Shown here piece by piece: positions 10,353-21,679 of a stretch of DNA of 27,410 nt. Origin of the DNA: Vezdaea acicularis (taxonomy: Eukaryota); contig JAPEUI010000074.1 in NCBI GenBank assembly GCA_026025075.1, positions 62,001 through 89,410 of the forward strand, read 5' to 3'. The position numbers and the translations under genes were made by a program. The number at the start of each line of letters is the position of its first letter. Within the stretch, counting starts at the first letter, position 1. The notes under the pieces were generated by a model that ran no database searches, was not told where the DNA came from, and saw only the letters and a list, made by a program, of their open reading frames with translations.

Positions 10353-13300
10353 CTAGTCGTCTTCTAGATCGATTACGACCCTTTCCTTTGGAAGTCCTTT
10401 CTCCTCCATTATCTCGCTCTCTCTTCGTTTCATGCTGTTATCATCTTCCCCAGGTTCTGGTTCCCAGCTCCCGTCCTCTTTGACGACGATCACTCTTGTT
10501 CTCATCAATCCCTTCTCCTCCAAGGTCTGCCTCACATCTGCGAACCAGCCGTCTAGCTGCAGTTCTTGCGGCCTAACATCGCCTAAGCAGATCGGGCACT
10601 TCCACTCATCAATCATGCATGGTTCATATTGACGATTGGGTTTGGGCCGACGCGTAGATAAAAACGTGTCAAGGTCGAAGCATTCGCGATGTCGGCAGGT
10701 GCTGCCACGCACCGGAGTGTTGAAAATTTGCATGGTCATCGGGTCGGTAAGCGCAAGTCTAAGCTGGGGATTCACGATGGTGATCTCATCGTCATCCAAG
10801 CTGGGAGTGAGGCTAGACTTGATTGAGTCCAGTGTTTGTCGAGCGGGAACGGCGTTGACCATAGTCGCCATCTCAGAAATCTTCTGCCGCGTGATAAAAC
10901 CGATGGCCTCAACTGCAAAGACATAGAATGCACCATTACTAAGTGGACTCATTGAAACGTGGGCTGTGATGACGTTGGAGCCTGTGTGAACGTAAGGAGT
11001 GATGTCCAAAGGAAGATCCTTGCCGTGTTGAGCTTTCAGTCGGAGTTCAGTATCCTTGCCATTGACCCTAAAGTGTGAAACTTTTGGCCATGCTGTATCG
11101 CGAAGAACGTAGAATTTCTCGTCTAGCGAGTCGGACGCCATGACCTTGACGCAACGTAGGCGATACATAGTTGAACCATCTACGACCTCCCTTATAGGAA
11201 GTTCGGAAATATGCCGCACAGGAAGTACGGGTGGAATCTTGGCCAATGACTCTGGAGTGATCGTGAACTCTGCCGTACGAATCCCTAACTCCTCCGGCAG
11301 TCGAGTAAAAGGTGTCACGATCTCCCTTACATAACGGAACAAAGACAAAGGATCTTCCCGCTTCATTGTCAGAATTGAAGGACGTAGCAAGGGGCTTCGA
11401 AGATGAGCTTGATGGAGTGCACAATAGGCGGAGTTCGGATGTGCTTGGACTGAAGGACGTGGAGTAACTGGCGGTATTAGTGGCTTACGTGACCGTGAGC
11501 CTTGGCGGCCAGCTGGCTCGTATTGTACATACGGCCGACTACCTGCATCAAGAGTGAACTGAGGTTGATGGTTCATAGATATTGTTTCAGGGTCCGGTAA
11601 AAAAGGTGAAGCTGCAGTGCTAAGTCGGAGAGATTGGACAGGGAGAACTTGCATGGAGAGAGAAGGCATGGCGGACGCGAAACTATGAGATTGCTGAGTG
11701 CTTCCCCCTTGAACCTGTTGCACTCTCATTGGGGCTATCTGCGTTACTTGAATATGTGGATTATTATCTCTTGGAGAGGCAGAGGGGCTACCCAGGAGAT
11801 AAGGAGAATTCATAAATGGGCTAGAATTCAACCTTGGCGAGTTTAGCTGTGACTGTTGAGAATCAATGCGGTTGGGATTCAGAGCCGCCGGGGTTTGTTT
11901 GGCGGAAGACTTTCGTGAGTTGGTCTTCGACCTTGACTGGGAGATTGGTGTATTCGGCCGCCTGTATTCGTTTTGCTCACTATTTAATTGGTCCACCTGC
12001 AGAGCGGTAACGTGCTGTGCTGGGTACGCCACATATCCAGCTGACTGGTTTATTGGAGAAAGTATCCCTTGAGCATTGTCATTAGATGACTGTGAACCAA
12101 TTCTAGGGGTTGATATTGGTGAACTTGTTTGCACTTGTAGTTGAGTGTGTCTGTTTGGATCTTGTCTTGATACAATTTGTTGTTGTAATGGCTGAAGTGA
12201 TGAAAGCTGTCGTTGGCGGAGGTCCCGCAAACGCTTGATAAGCCCTTGGTTATATCCCTCGATCTCAGTAGGAGGGGGTGGTCTTGCAGTGTTCATCCTC
12301 TTAAGAACCGATCGGTGATAGATCTGATTATCTCGAAATATAGCTTCGAACTGACTTGACCAGATAACATCGTCGTTGCCCCATAAATTACGGCGCATCG
12401 CTGTGAAAACCACTCGTTGTAGTGTCTCCGAAGGTAATTGGAGACAAGTAATCATATGGTGGACAATGGGTGGCATGTCGCTTAGGTGGCAGCTTTTTTG
12501 AAGCTTGTTGTAGGCCTGAGGCAGATTGCGCAAGAATACACCTACTTTCGAAACTGTATCTTGATAGAAGGTTGACCGGCTTAAGAGATCGCTGAGCCGT
12601 GATGGGAAATTTGCGAGCCATTCCAAGCTCTCAGGGCTAAGGAACGTATTATCCCTTATGAGCTGGGCGACTAGAGTGAATCCAAAGCCTTCTTGCGTAC
12701 CAAAGCCTGTTGTTTGAGAACAAATAGCAGGCACCAGTGCATGAAGGCAGAATACCTGATGTAATGCAACATAAAATATATCCTCATTCATGCAAGCATC
12801 CCGTAAAAGGTCGAAGCGTGGGCGTTCTAGGGTTGGCTCGAGTTTTTCTGACCCACCACGGGACCTAACATAGTTGTCTAACAACTTTGCATATGGCTTT
12901 ATGGACAATGGCGCCGCTTTGGTGGTTGAAGAGAACTGCTGTCTTGTCGTGGCCTGGGTGGTCTGTTGTCGTGGTTGCTCCACACCCATAATCAAGACCT
13001 TAGACATTTGCGAAGTATGCGCTAGACGTGTACGTTTTGCGTCCTGCTCAGGCAGAGCTTGACCGATCGGGCGCTTCATTGTTTCAGTTATCTTTGATTC
13101 TTTAGATATCGATGATGTTCTTGGAGCCTCGGCCGCTCTGGCATCTGTGACGGGCGTGCTTGGCGAGACTTGAATTGGTAGCTCTTGACCCCATCGTGAG
13201 TGGTATCGTTGATAGTCATGGGGTCCTTCGTCTTCTGTCTCATCGTCATCAAGAGCAACAGTATGGCTTTCCTTGGGAGAGTTTCCCTCGCTAGGCGCTG

Positions 13301-13682
13301 GTGATGGAAGGACGCTATCGGCTTGAGCAGCTGTCGTGGATTTAATCGGACCAAAGCTATTAGCTAGATGTGGTGAGGTTGAGTTTGAAGGGGGCTCTAC
13401 GGGTGATATATCTGCAGCTTTTGTGGCGAGGTCAGCGGTATTGGCTTCGATGATACTATGTTTACTATTACTGGAAGGTAGCCGTGCTTTGGAAGGTGGC
13501 CTTGCAAGGACAGGAGACACATTCGAAGGTACAGCATTCATCCAAGCCTTCGGCTTGCCGCCTAAGAATGTATGCATAGTAGAGTTCGACGATGCGAAGT
13601 TCTGAGCGGCTGCCGAAGATGCCAAATCTCCGACAGTTCGGTGAGCACGCCTCTGCTCTCGGCCGTAGCCCCACGAAGTCAT
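10353..13682 (-). CDS. MIZ/SP-RING zinc finger protein (ZMIZ1/Zimp-like architecture), 1109 aa
   Basis: One long ORF. The C-terminal SP-RING reads LTDPMTMQIFNTPVRGSTCRHRECFD...WKCPIC...LQLDGWF. It is preceded by a beta-rich domain (YRLRC...TAWP...VNG...DLPLDIT...GSNVI) like the region before the SP-RING in ZMIZ/PIAS proteins. There are long Q/S/P-rich disordered segments, a terminal SIM-like VVIDLEDD and no recognisable SAP domain. An extra upstream exon cannot be excluded. Confidence 0.88.
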   Translation of the reverse strand: MTSWGYGREQRRAHRTVGDLASSAAAQNFASSNSTMHTFLGGKPKAWMNAVPSNVSPVLARPPSKARLPSSNSKHSIIEANTADLATKAADISPVEPPSNSTSPHLANSFGPIKSTTAAQADSVLPSPAPSEGNSPKESHTVALDDDETEDEGPHDYQRYHSRWGQELPIQVSPSTPVTDARAAEAPRTSSISKESKITETMKRPIGQALPEQDAKRTRLAHTSQMSKVLIMGVEQPRQQTTQATTRQQFSSTTKAAPLSIKPYAKLLDNYVRSRGGSEKLEPTLERPRFDLLRDACMNEDIFYVALHQVFCLHALVPAICSQTTGFGTQEGFGFTLVAQLIRDNTFLSPESLEWLANFPSRLSDLLSRSTFYQDTVSKVGVFLRNLPQAYNKLQKSCHLSDMPPIVHHMITCLQLPSETLQRVVFTAMRRNLWGNDDVIWSSQFEAIFRDNQIYHRSVLKRMNTARPPPPTEIEGYNQGLIKRLRDLRQRQLSSLQPLQQQIVSRQDPNRHTQLQVQTSSPISTPRIGSQSSNDNAQGILSPINQSAGYVAYPAQHVTALQVDQLNSEQNEYRRPNTPISQSRSKTNSRKSSAKQTPAALNPNRIDSQQSQLNSPRLNSSPFMNSPYLLGSPSASPRDNNPHIQVTQIAPMRVQQVQGGSTQQSHSFASAMPSLSMQVLPVQSLRLSTAASPFLPDPETISMNHQPQFTLDAGSRPYVQYEPAGRQGSRSRKPLIPPVTPRPSVQAHPNSAYCALHQAHLRSPLLRPSILTMKREDPLSLFRYVREIVTPFTRLPEELGIRTAEFTITPESLAKIPPVLPVRHISELPIREVVDGSTMYRLRCVKVMASDSLDEKFYVLRDTAWPKVSHFRVNGKDTELRLKAQHGKDLPLDITPYVHTGSNVITAHVSMSPLSNGAFYVFAVEAIGFITRQKISEMATMVNAVPARQTLDSIKSSLTPSLDDDEITIVNPQLRLALTDPMTMQIFNTPVRGSTCRHRECFDLDTFLSTRRPKPNRQYEPCMIDEWKCPICLGDVRPQELQLDGWFADVRQTLEEKGLMRTRVIVVKEDGSWEPEPGEDDNSMKRRESEIMEEKGLPKERVVIDLEDD

Positions 13683-14146
13683 ATTTGAAGTCTATCCTGA
13701 ACTTAAGCATGAAATAGTTGAGACCTGATGGTTTTGCGATGCTTAGTGGAGGAACCTGACATGGGTAGACTTGAGTCTGGACACGGCCAGAACATAGTTC
13801 AGGCTTGAAGAAGGCCTAGTGAACTTGTAGTTGAATTCTTAGAAAATTTAGCTCGAGTCTTGTGAGCATGTAGGATAGAGCTTGGGTTGCTGCCGAGCAC
13901 TAGAAACTTTCGAAGGTGATAAAGAGGTAACTCCGCTGGTACTCGAAAGTAGAGGCGATAAAGCCAAACAAAGGAGAAAGCGACACTAAGTGCTCCTGAG
14001 CTTGGCCTGACTGAATGCGACACGACATTCCACACGCTTATATGCCGAAACCATCCTCAGGTGTGGTCTTGACGCCCAAGGCTAGCCTTGTGTTATATAT
14101 GATCTTGATGCGTCTTAGTATACCGCTAATATTCGATCTTACATAG

Positions 14147-14330
14147 CCACGCGATTAGCAAAAAAGTTGAGACACCAAAAATTAGCGAGGTACCTTCTCT
14201 TCAAATCAGTGTGATGAGGTACTTTACCTCCCTTGCATTCGCCCAGAAGCGAGGTACCCTCCCCCACAATTTTGCTGGTAAGATACCTCGCTAACCTTTT
14301 GGTGTCTCAACTATTTTGCTAACCGCGTGG
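14147..14330. mobile_element. MITE (non-autonomous DNA transposon), 184 bp, with about 46-47 bp terminal inverted repeats
   Basis: Left end 14147-14192 CCACGCGATTAGCAAAAAAGTTGAGACACCAAAAATTAGCGAGGTA; reverse complement of right end 14284-14330 CCACGCGGTTAGCAAAATAGTTGAGACACCAAAAGGTTAGCGAGGTA (about 43 of 47 identical). It is flanked by TAG on both sides (14144-14146, 14331-14333). Internal copies of GAGGTAC occur and there is no coding capacity. Confidence 0.85.
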
Positions 14331-14785
14331 TAGCGGGACTTTTTGTGAAAGCTTGGCATTTCGCTAAAGAAGGCAGATTGGGGGGAATTGTAGTATTGAG
14401 CTATGAGCAGTCTTGCTAGAGCAATTGGAGTGGCGCAGACAAGGACCGACTGATCGCGATTATTTCTATACGGCGCTAAGTTTCAGTTGTCATAGCATCT
14501 TACGACACCGGCTCGTTCAATTGCATTATATGAGCAGGACCCAGCTGATCTTTGGCGGGACATCCGGGACAACCCTCTCCCTACAGCAACAGACTCATTG
14601 TCCTAGCACGAGCTATACGTATGAGGCCCACATTTTAGTTCACGCGCAAAACATCCGTATTCAGAGGTTTGATTAACATTGCCTTTGGCAGCATGTGCCA
14701 CTGAGGCTTGGACGATGGTCCTCTGGACAACCTCGATTGCACGGTCTCGAGTCGTTGCGGAGGCCGCATTCTTGGCCTGGATATC

Positions 14786-17700
14786 ATGGCCTTCCAATAC
14801 GTTGCCGAGACTTCGGAGAACCAAATACTTGTAGTAGCTCGTAAGTAGTCTCTGTGACTTGCATAGAACTACAGGTTCTCAAGAAAGATATTGAATAAGA
14901 GTTACGTCACTTTTGTCCTCTAATCTCAATGGGCTCCTTATTTTACTTTGTCTCTCAATCTAAAAGTGAAGTTATTACTGAGATGCTGTCTACATGGTTA
15001 CAATAGGATGGACATGCTGACTGTAGCTCTGTACCTTTGTGTGTAGATGATTTCGAAGCGAGAAGTCCCGACGAAATCAGCCTCTCGAAGGGCGATCGAT
15101 TAGCACTAATTGAGCGAGATGATGAGTTTGGTGATGGCTGGTTTTTGGGTCGGCATCTAGGAAATGGGAAGACAGGGTTATTTCCAGGAGGTAAGGTTAA
15201 ATTCCACTCCGCAAGCATAAATATCATCATTGATGCGTATTGCTATGAAGTGTACACAACCACCGCTCCAAGATCGTCCACGATAGCATCGAAACCCTTC
15301 GGAAGTCAGACGATTGTGCATCAGCCAGACAAGAGTCAAAATCCAGAACCGAAATCGAGCTACAACGTTAGTCACGGGGCGCTGACAACTCTCTTCAGCA
15401 ATGACAATGCGACTCCCCAACCTCTAAATATGAGCTCACAAGCGTCTCAAGCACAGAATTTCTCACCACCATCATCTAGATCTTTAAGTGCTGCGCTATC
15501 GTCATCCATGGTTCCGTTAGGTTTGCAGCGAACTAGCAGTGTTGGTGCATCAAATGGAGTACATGCGCAGGGTCAAGACAGTCCAGTCATGAATGAGACA
15601 TTGAGTGTCATTGACGAACATATCACCGATATGAACACTCCAAGGCATAGTGTGATAGGGGCTGAACGTCGTGGCACGAACGACTCTGGTAGTGAATATA
15701 GTGGGAATTTGGAAAACCGAATCTCGTACATCCCTGGGCATGAGACGGACGAGGAGGAAAATGAGATGTTGAACACCAACGAGGTGTCGAAATGGTCCGC
15801 CGAGCGAGCCGCCGAGTACTTGCGCGATGCTGGCGTGGAAGAATCACATTGCAAAGTATTCGTTGACGAGGAATTTTCTGGAATTGTACTTCTCAATATG
15901 GATCAATCTCAGATCCTTCTAAAAGAACTTGATCTAGGACCAATTGGGCGGCGACTGAAGACGTGGCACAAAGTGCAGGCTCTGCAGGAAGAGTGTAAGG
16001 GAACCCAAAAGGCCAAAAAAAACATCCCTGATCGAGGACGGCGGTCGGGTTCTCAGGATAGTCATGTGGCGGAGAGCACTAATACTGCAGGAGCTGTCCT
16101 TCCTAGAATTCCAGATCTAGCCGAATCTCAAGATCCGAGGCAGCAACCTTATCGGATTCCCTTGTCACCGAGTGCACCAAACAGTGGATCAAACTCCCCG
16201 CACCCTCTCTCCTTTACTCCTGCTACGCCAAACAGTCCGCGTCGACCTTCCGCTGCCTCTATCCGAGAATACAATCATTCCAGGAGACACTCGTCTGCAG
16301 ACTATGGTGGTGTTGCCACCGTAGGAACGCCGGAAAGAAGCGGGGCGCCATCTCCAGCTAGAACTCCTGTTCAATCACATAAGAAGCAAGCTTCTTTTGA
16401 CAGAGAATGGTCCCTTGGAGCCGCAACCTCTCAGCTTTCCGGGCGACCGAGCTCATCGTCCGGTCACCAGTTCTCAATGAGCATCGAACAAAAAAATGAA
16501 ATTCAGCCTGCGTCTGAGTCCAACGCACTTATGTCTCTAGATGATCTTGATAGAGGTTATTTTTCTGGTGGGGAACTCGATAATCGGAAAAACAGAAATG
16601 TTTTAAGAAAGCGTGAAGGCGTAGCTCATTCCCGAAGTTCTAGCTATACGGATGAGCAACGACGTAGGAGCGCCACTGCCACGGCAAGACAATCTCGTGT
16701 TGGAAGCGCTGACGCTGCGACAGAGACAGCAGCGAAGCCTGCAAGGCTGTCTCAAGTTTACAACTCTACGACCTGGCGAGGTAGATTCAATCGACCCCTC
16801 ACAACGGAGGATCCGAAAGTCATGGCTACATCTAAAGACAATCCTGCCCCAGCGGTCACAATGCTGGAACTAGACAAACGAGGAGGGACGAAATCAAACT
16901 CCTCAAATGCTCGTGGCTCACATCTACTGCATCTCCAGACAGAGAAAGGATCGTCGCTGTTTCAGTCGAAACCAAGAATGGCAGGGTTAAGAGCAATATC
17001 TGATGCAGTCACAGGCCATGAGAAAGCTCTAATATACTCTCCAATCAAAAAGAAGGACTCACCGTTGCAGTCTCCAATAGATACGGGGTCAAGCACACCT
17101 TCCGGTTCTAAGAGCTTTGAGATTGAATCTGCAGAACCAAATAAAACTCCGACGAGCTTAAATGGCATGGCTAAGAAAGTTGGAACAAGAAGGAAAAAAT
17201 CCAAGAAGGAAACGAGCGCATACACGAGAGGCCTTGTCAAGAAAAGCCCCCCTGAAAACATGGTTGACTGCGATTACAGTGGGTGGATGAAAAAGAAGAG
17301 TAACAGGATCATGACTCTGTGGAAGCCTCGACTATTTGTTCTGAAAGGCCGACGCTTATCTTACTATTATTCTGAGGACGATACTGAAGAACAAGGACTC
17401 ATCGATATATCGTATCACCGGGTATTACCGGCTGATAGTGATCGTATCACTGGTCTTCATGCTACTCTTACTCGTGCAACAGCCAGCCCCTCGTCACCTG
17501 AAAATCCCACGACACCAACCCTTGCATCCCAAGAAGCCATAGCAGAATTGAAGACTGGTGCGACTGGCAATAAGAATACCGATCAAGGTGGCATGTACAT
17601 CTTCAAATTGGAGCCTCCTCGATCAGGTATTGGCACCAATTTTACCCGACCCGAGGTTCACTACTTTGCCGTCGATAACATCACCCAGGGACGCGCCTGG

Positions 17701-18039
17701 ATGGCAGCCTTGGTTAAAGCTACTATTGATATCGATACCAAGATGCCAATGACGACGACTTACAACCAGCCGACAATATCCCTCGCGAGAGCAAGAAAAT
17801 TAAAGCATAGACCTCCAGCACTAAGAGATCTAGAGGAAAACGAGGACCAAGGTACGGGAGAAACGCAAAGTATTAGTGAAGCGGGCGGAGGGCTCGGCAT
17901 TGATTTCGAAGGATCAACAGATGTAGAGGTGAGCGAAGTTAAGTCATCATATACAGAGATCGAGGCTGGTCAACCAAGGATTAGCGAGTCGGTAACGGAA
18001 GTAGAGACCGAAAAGTCGTCGGAACGGGCTGTAACTTGA
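14786..18039 (+). CDS. BOI2: Boi1/Boi2 (Pob1)-like polarized growth scaffold with SH3, SAM and PH domains, about 995 aa; exons 14786-14840, 15047-15190, 15251-18039
   Basis: Splicing 14841-15046 (GTAAGT...GCTGAC...TAG) gives ILVVAHDFEARSPDEISLSKGD, the SH3 start. Splicing 15191-15250 gives GLFPGVYT, the SH3 end. SAM: WSAERAAEYL...FSGIVLL...LGPIGRRLK. PH: CDYSGWMKKK...WKPRLFVLKGRRLSYY...GLIDIS...WMAALVKATI. The conserved tail TYNQPTISLARAR is present. Confidence 0.93.
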
Positions 18040-20820
18040 CGGAGATGATCACTACGACAATAATGCTTATGACATTCGACGATGTCACGCGACGATATGA
18101 GTTACATTCCGTTTACGCAATTCTTATCTTTTGGGGTCTAGCGCAATTACGGATTGCTTATCATTGGAGCTCTAGATATAGTTTTGCATTTACCTGGATT
18201 TAGGTGGAGTGCGCCATGCTCAAGAGTGAGTCTTGCTTTGATGGGAACTCAAGTGGCATCGAATAAGTTGGAAGACGCGAATACTATGAAATAGGGGACA
18301 GCACGCAAGAGAGTCGCAAATTATGAAACATTCTTGCAGGCCGTTCATAGATGAGACTTCAATTCTACCAAGGCGTCAAGGCAAATGAAATGACTTGCAT
18401 CCTTCCAATATGTAAAAGCGATGACCTCAGTGGCCTGTCAATTGGAATAAATCATATTCTTGCCATAGGCTTGGGAGGTAGTCCGATAATGCACCTTCTG
18501 AATGGAAACATTGCTCAACAAATTGATCTTACGCGCTGTGTGCTCACGCGTACATAGACTAGCATAGTTCTTTCTTGAAGCTGACTATTCATTGGTGAAA
18601 GAACTGGAAGCCGCTATACCTGGAGATGCGAAGGCGCTCTTCTGTCCTCAGTCACCACGCGCAATGCCATTGGCCCGCCCCCCTTGTCAAATACGGGTAA
18701 GTCTTGTGTATGAACGGTTTGCATAACAAATCAATATTGGCGTGTTAAGCGACTTGTCATGCTGGTAGTAGGGCGAAACCGAGTATCTCTACTAAAGTAA
18801 CCTCATTACATTAGGTACATTTCTAAGAGGGGCTCTTATTGTGAATCTTTTCGTATAAGCGAGGTTAAGGTTACTCCTCACCAAGCTTTCGCGAAGGGGT
18901 ACTTCGCTTATGACTAGTGAGTGCCTGGCGTGCCTGGTCACCCGTGTGATAGTACTCTTTGTCGAGACTGAAAATTTGAGCACTTCCGTGTCGTAGTGAT
19001 CAGCAAAGAATTTCAACTCTCACAATATCATGAAGTGTTTGATGGTTGGACCTATCTCTTCCCGAAGCTGTCGATCTACCCAAACTTCTGAGCGAGAAGA
19101 GAACTTTGCTCAGTCAACAAATCCACGACTTCACAACCTTCACTAAATTGAAATCTTCTCACTGTAGTCAAAGGATTATCGTATCCATTCCTTCGCAAGC
19201 ATATATGCTCCGGTCTGCCCCAGTAAAGTGGTGAGAGATTTGCTCCTCAGTCAGAACAGAATCTTCACTATCGACAGTCATCCTATATAATAATAAGCCG
19301 GATTGAAGAGGTCAGACCTCTATCCATACCACCGCTGATAAATGGCGAATGCGAAAGCGATTCCAGGACTTAGCAAATGCTCCGAGACATTTGCTTGCCG
19401 ACCCTTTCTCTACCTCATGATTTGGACCAATTTTCAGATGTTGCTATAGGACTAAGGATAGGAAGAGGCTTCCTAACTTCTTTACTCCTCTCACCTAAAT
19501 AAAACCTACGTGATAGCTTCCCGCTGCATTTATATTCCTGTGAGGTTGACAGACTACTTCGTGACGATGAAGTGGTGTCAACGGCCCATTTATAATTCGC
19601 TCGGCTGGGGTTACTTGCATGGGAGCTGCCCTCAAGCCCTATTATTAGTTCTAGTAAGCAGTAACCCTAAAATCCACAACATCGACCTTTCGGTCAATGG
19701 TACTTGGTTAACGAGAATTACCGACTAGAATCTCAGCCGTACTCAGCTTAAGATAAATGATTTCGGAGACAGTAATCTTTATTGCCGGCAGACCAGAAAA
19801 AGCGATGCCTGTGGAAGGCTATACCAAGCGGATAGAGGCGACTGAAGCCAACAAAACGGACCGTGTGACTTCACATTTCTTGTCATCTATCAATTGGCCC
19901 GAATGCAACATCGTCTTCCCTGCCTCAGGCCTGTTGATGTAAAGGCTATGCACCGCCAATGGTCTTTTTGGGTATTTAATCGCAATTATGATGGTACCTA
20001 GCTTCTTGAAAATCGTTGTATAGCTACCTAAGCCGTTCAGCACCTGTCAAGAACGTATGGTGGGATAGCTAGTGGTGCGTGAAGCTAAGGGTAGCTCAAA
20101 AACCCCGCCGCAGCAGTGAAGATTCGAAGAGTGCGCGACAGGGCCCCCTTTTCTGGATTGCGATGCCTTATTTGGTCTAGAACGATCTCCTGAAAGTCTG
20201 GCGAGTGCTTCGGCATACTGTCCTCCAATGAGCGCATTCTAGCTGTGTATCATGAACTGACTCATGACAATGCATCGAAATATCTTCCGGTTAAAAATGC
20301 GCGGCTCGAATGGCTGAGGTTGTTGGCAGAGCACGCTGCTCCAATTATTTACTCTCTCCTGATGTCGCTGGATAGGTGAGAGCTTTAGCCGGGCGACTTC
20401 AGGCGTCATGCAAACTGCGCCGCAAGATGAGAATCAGGGATGTCGCAACCACGTCCACTGAGCTCCGAAACCCCAGGCTCCCATATCAAAGATGGCTGTG
20501 TTGCAGTGGGCCTTCTGCCTATTACAAGGCCAATGAATGAACGCTGGCTGTGAGAAGCATCTGCGAGAATCGACTGCCACGTTGCTCGGAGCTCAAGTAT
20601 GCAAAGCATATGCGAGTGATTTAATGCGCTCTTCGAAAAACGCTCCCTTTGCAGCGACTCTTAGGATTCCCCAGGCATCAGATGGTGTATTGTCGAGAGC
20701 CTCATCCGGCTCAAGCTTGCACACATGCTTCACCGCCCCTTTTCTAGACTCACTCTTGGCAACGCGAGTCAATTCTTAAGAACAAACGCTGTTGAGTCCT
20801 CTAAAGTCGACATTCCGATT

Positions 20821-20829
20821 ATATATAAG
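20821..20829 (+). promoter_or_regulatory. Putative TATA box for the 20991 gene
   Basis: ATATATAAG about 165 nt upstream of the proposed ATG at 20991, followed by a pyrimidine-rich leader. Confidence 0.4.
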
Positions 20830-20990
20830 TGAGCTGCTAGTTAATCTTCATTGTGTGCAACTTTGGAGCTGCTTACAAGAAAAGAGTTGGATAACATCGT
20901 CATCGTATACAGATTCCTACGCATCACTTGCAAGATATCCAATTTGAACCTTCACTGCCCTCTTTGCTTCTATGTGGATGTTCTTCGATC

Positions 20991-21679
20991 ATGTGGCCGC
21001 GATCTAGACTGAGTGATGTGGAAGAAGGTCATGATAGTAGACTAGGGCGATCGGATGATTCTCGCGAGTCGCCAAACTACGCTTCGACGCCCCGATCAAG
21101 GCCTACGGCATCTTTGTCTGGCACTGGCCTTGCCATGAGCGCAGAGATTGATGGATGGGAGGGAACTGAAGGTCCTATTGACGGCGGCGTAGTGCAGCTG
21201 TCTAACTATCAAACTGGAAAATACATGACAGGCGTATGTCTTCTCAACTTCCTTACTAATCGGTTCCACAAACGCAATTACAACAAATTTTGAAGTTAAT
21301 CATTTTTTTCGTTTGTTCACAGGAACCTGTAATGTACGAGGAAAACGATCTAGTCTATACCCCCAATGGCCTTGCCTTTCTTGCCGGGACTCCACGTGAG
21401 AGGCATGGAACTTGGCATTATACATGCTGTTACAATGATACCGAATACTCCCAAGAGCAACTCAAGAAACCACGCTTTGCAGTTGGAGACCTTGTGGAGT
21501 GGATGCGGATGGGGTCGTCATCATTTGAAAAGTTATGGGTAGTCAAAGCCCACGTCCTCTGGGCCGAGAGTTTCATCTACACCATCAATCGTGTCGACGA
21601 AGAGCTGAGGACCGAGATGCCAGGGGAAGTCAAGTCTAACATCTTAGAGGATTCACTCCAAGGGTTTTCGGCGAGTTGA
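20991..21679 (+). CDS. Hypothetical 199-aa protein with a disordered N-terminus and two tandem SH3/Tudor/KOW-like beta-barrel repeats; exons 20991-21233 and 21323-21679
   Basis: The intron 21234-21322 (GTATGT...GTTAAT...CAG, 89 nt, phase 0) joins the 20928 and 21290 ORFs in frame. Repeat 1 is MYEENDLVYTPNG...WHYTC...YSQEQL and repeat 2 is PRFAVGDLVEW...FIYTI...ILEDSL. Confidence 0.7.

Noticed and set aside
13703..13762. Short upstream ATG frame (MSGSSTKHRKTIRSQLFHA*) before the MIZ start, minus strand
   Set aside because: It could be a uORF or part of an upstream exon, but without a transcription start site or good splice signals it is unsupported.
1119..17752. Numerous antisense or alternate-frame ORFs nested in the large genes (e.g. 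1460-1996, 3430-3837, 6323-6655, 11068-11424, 15573-15896, 16962-17261)
   Set aside because: They are shadows of real coding sequence with no independent signals.
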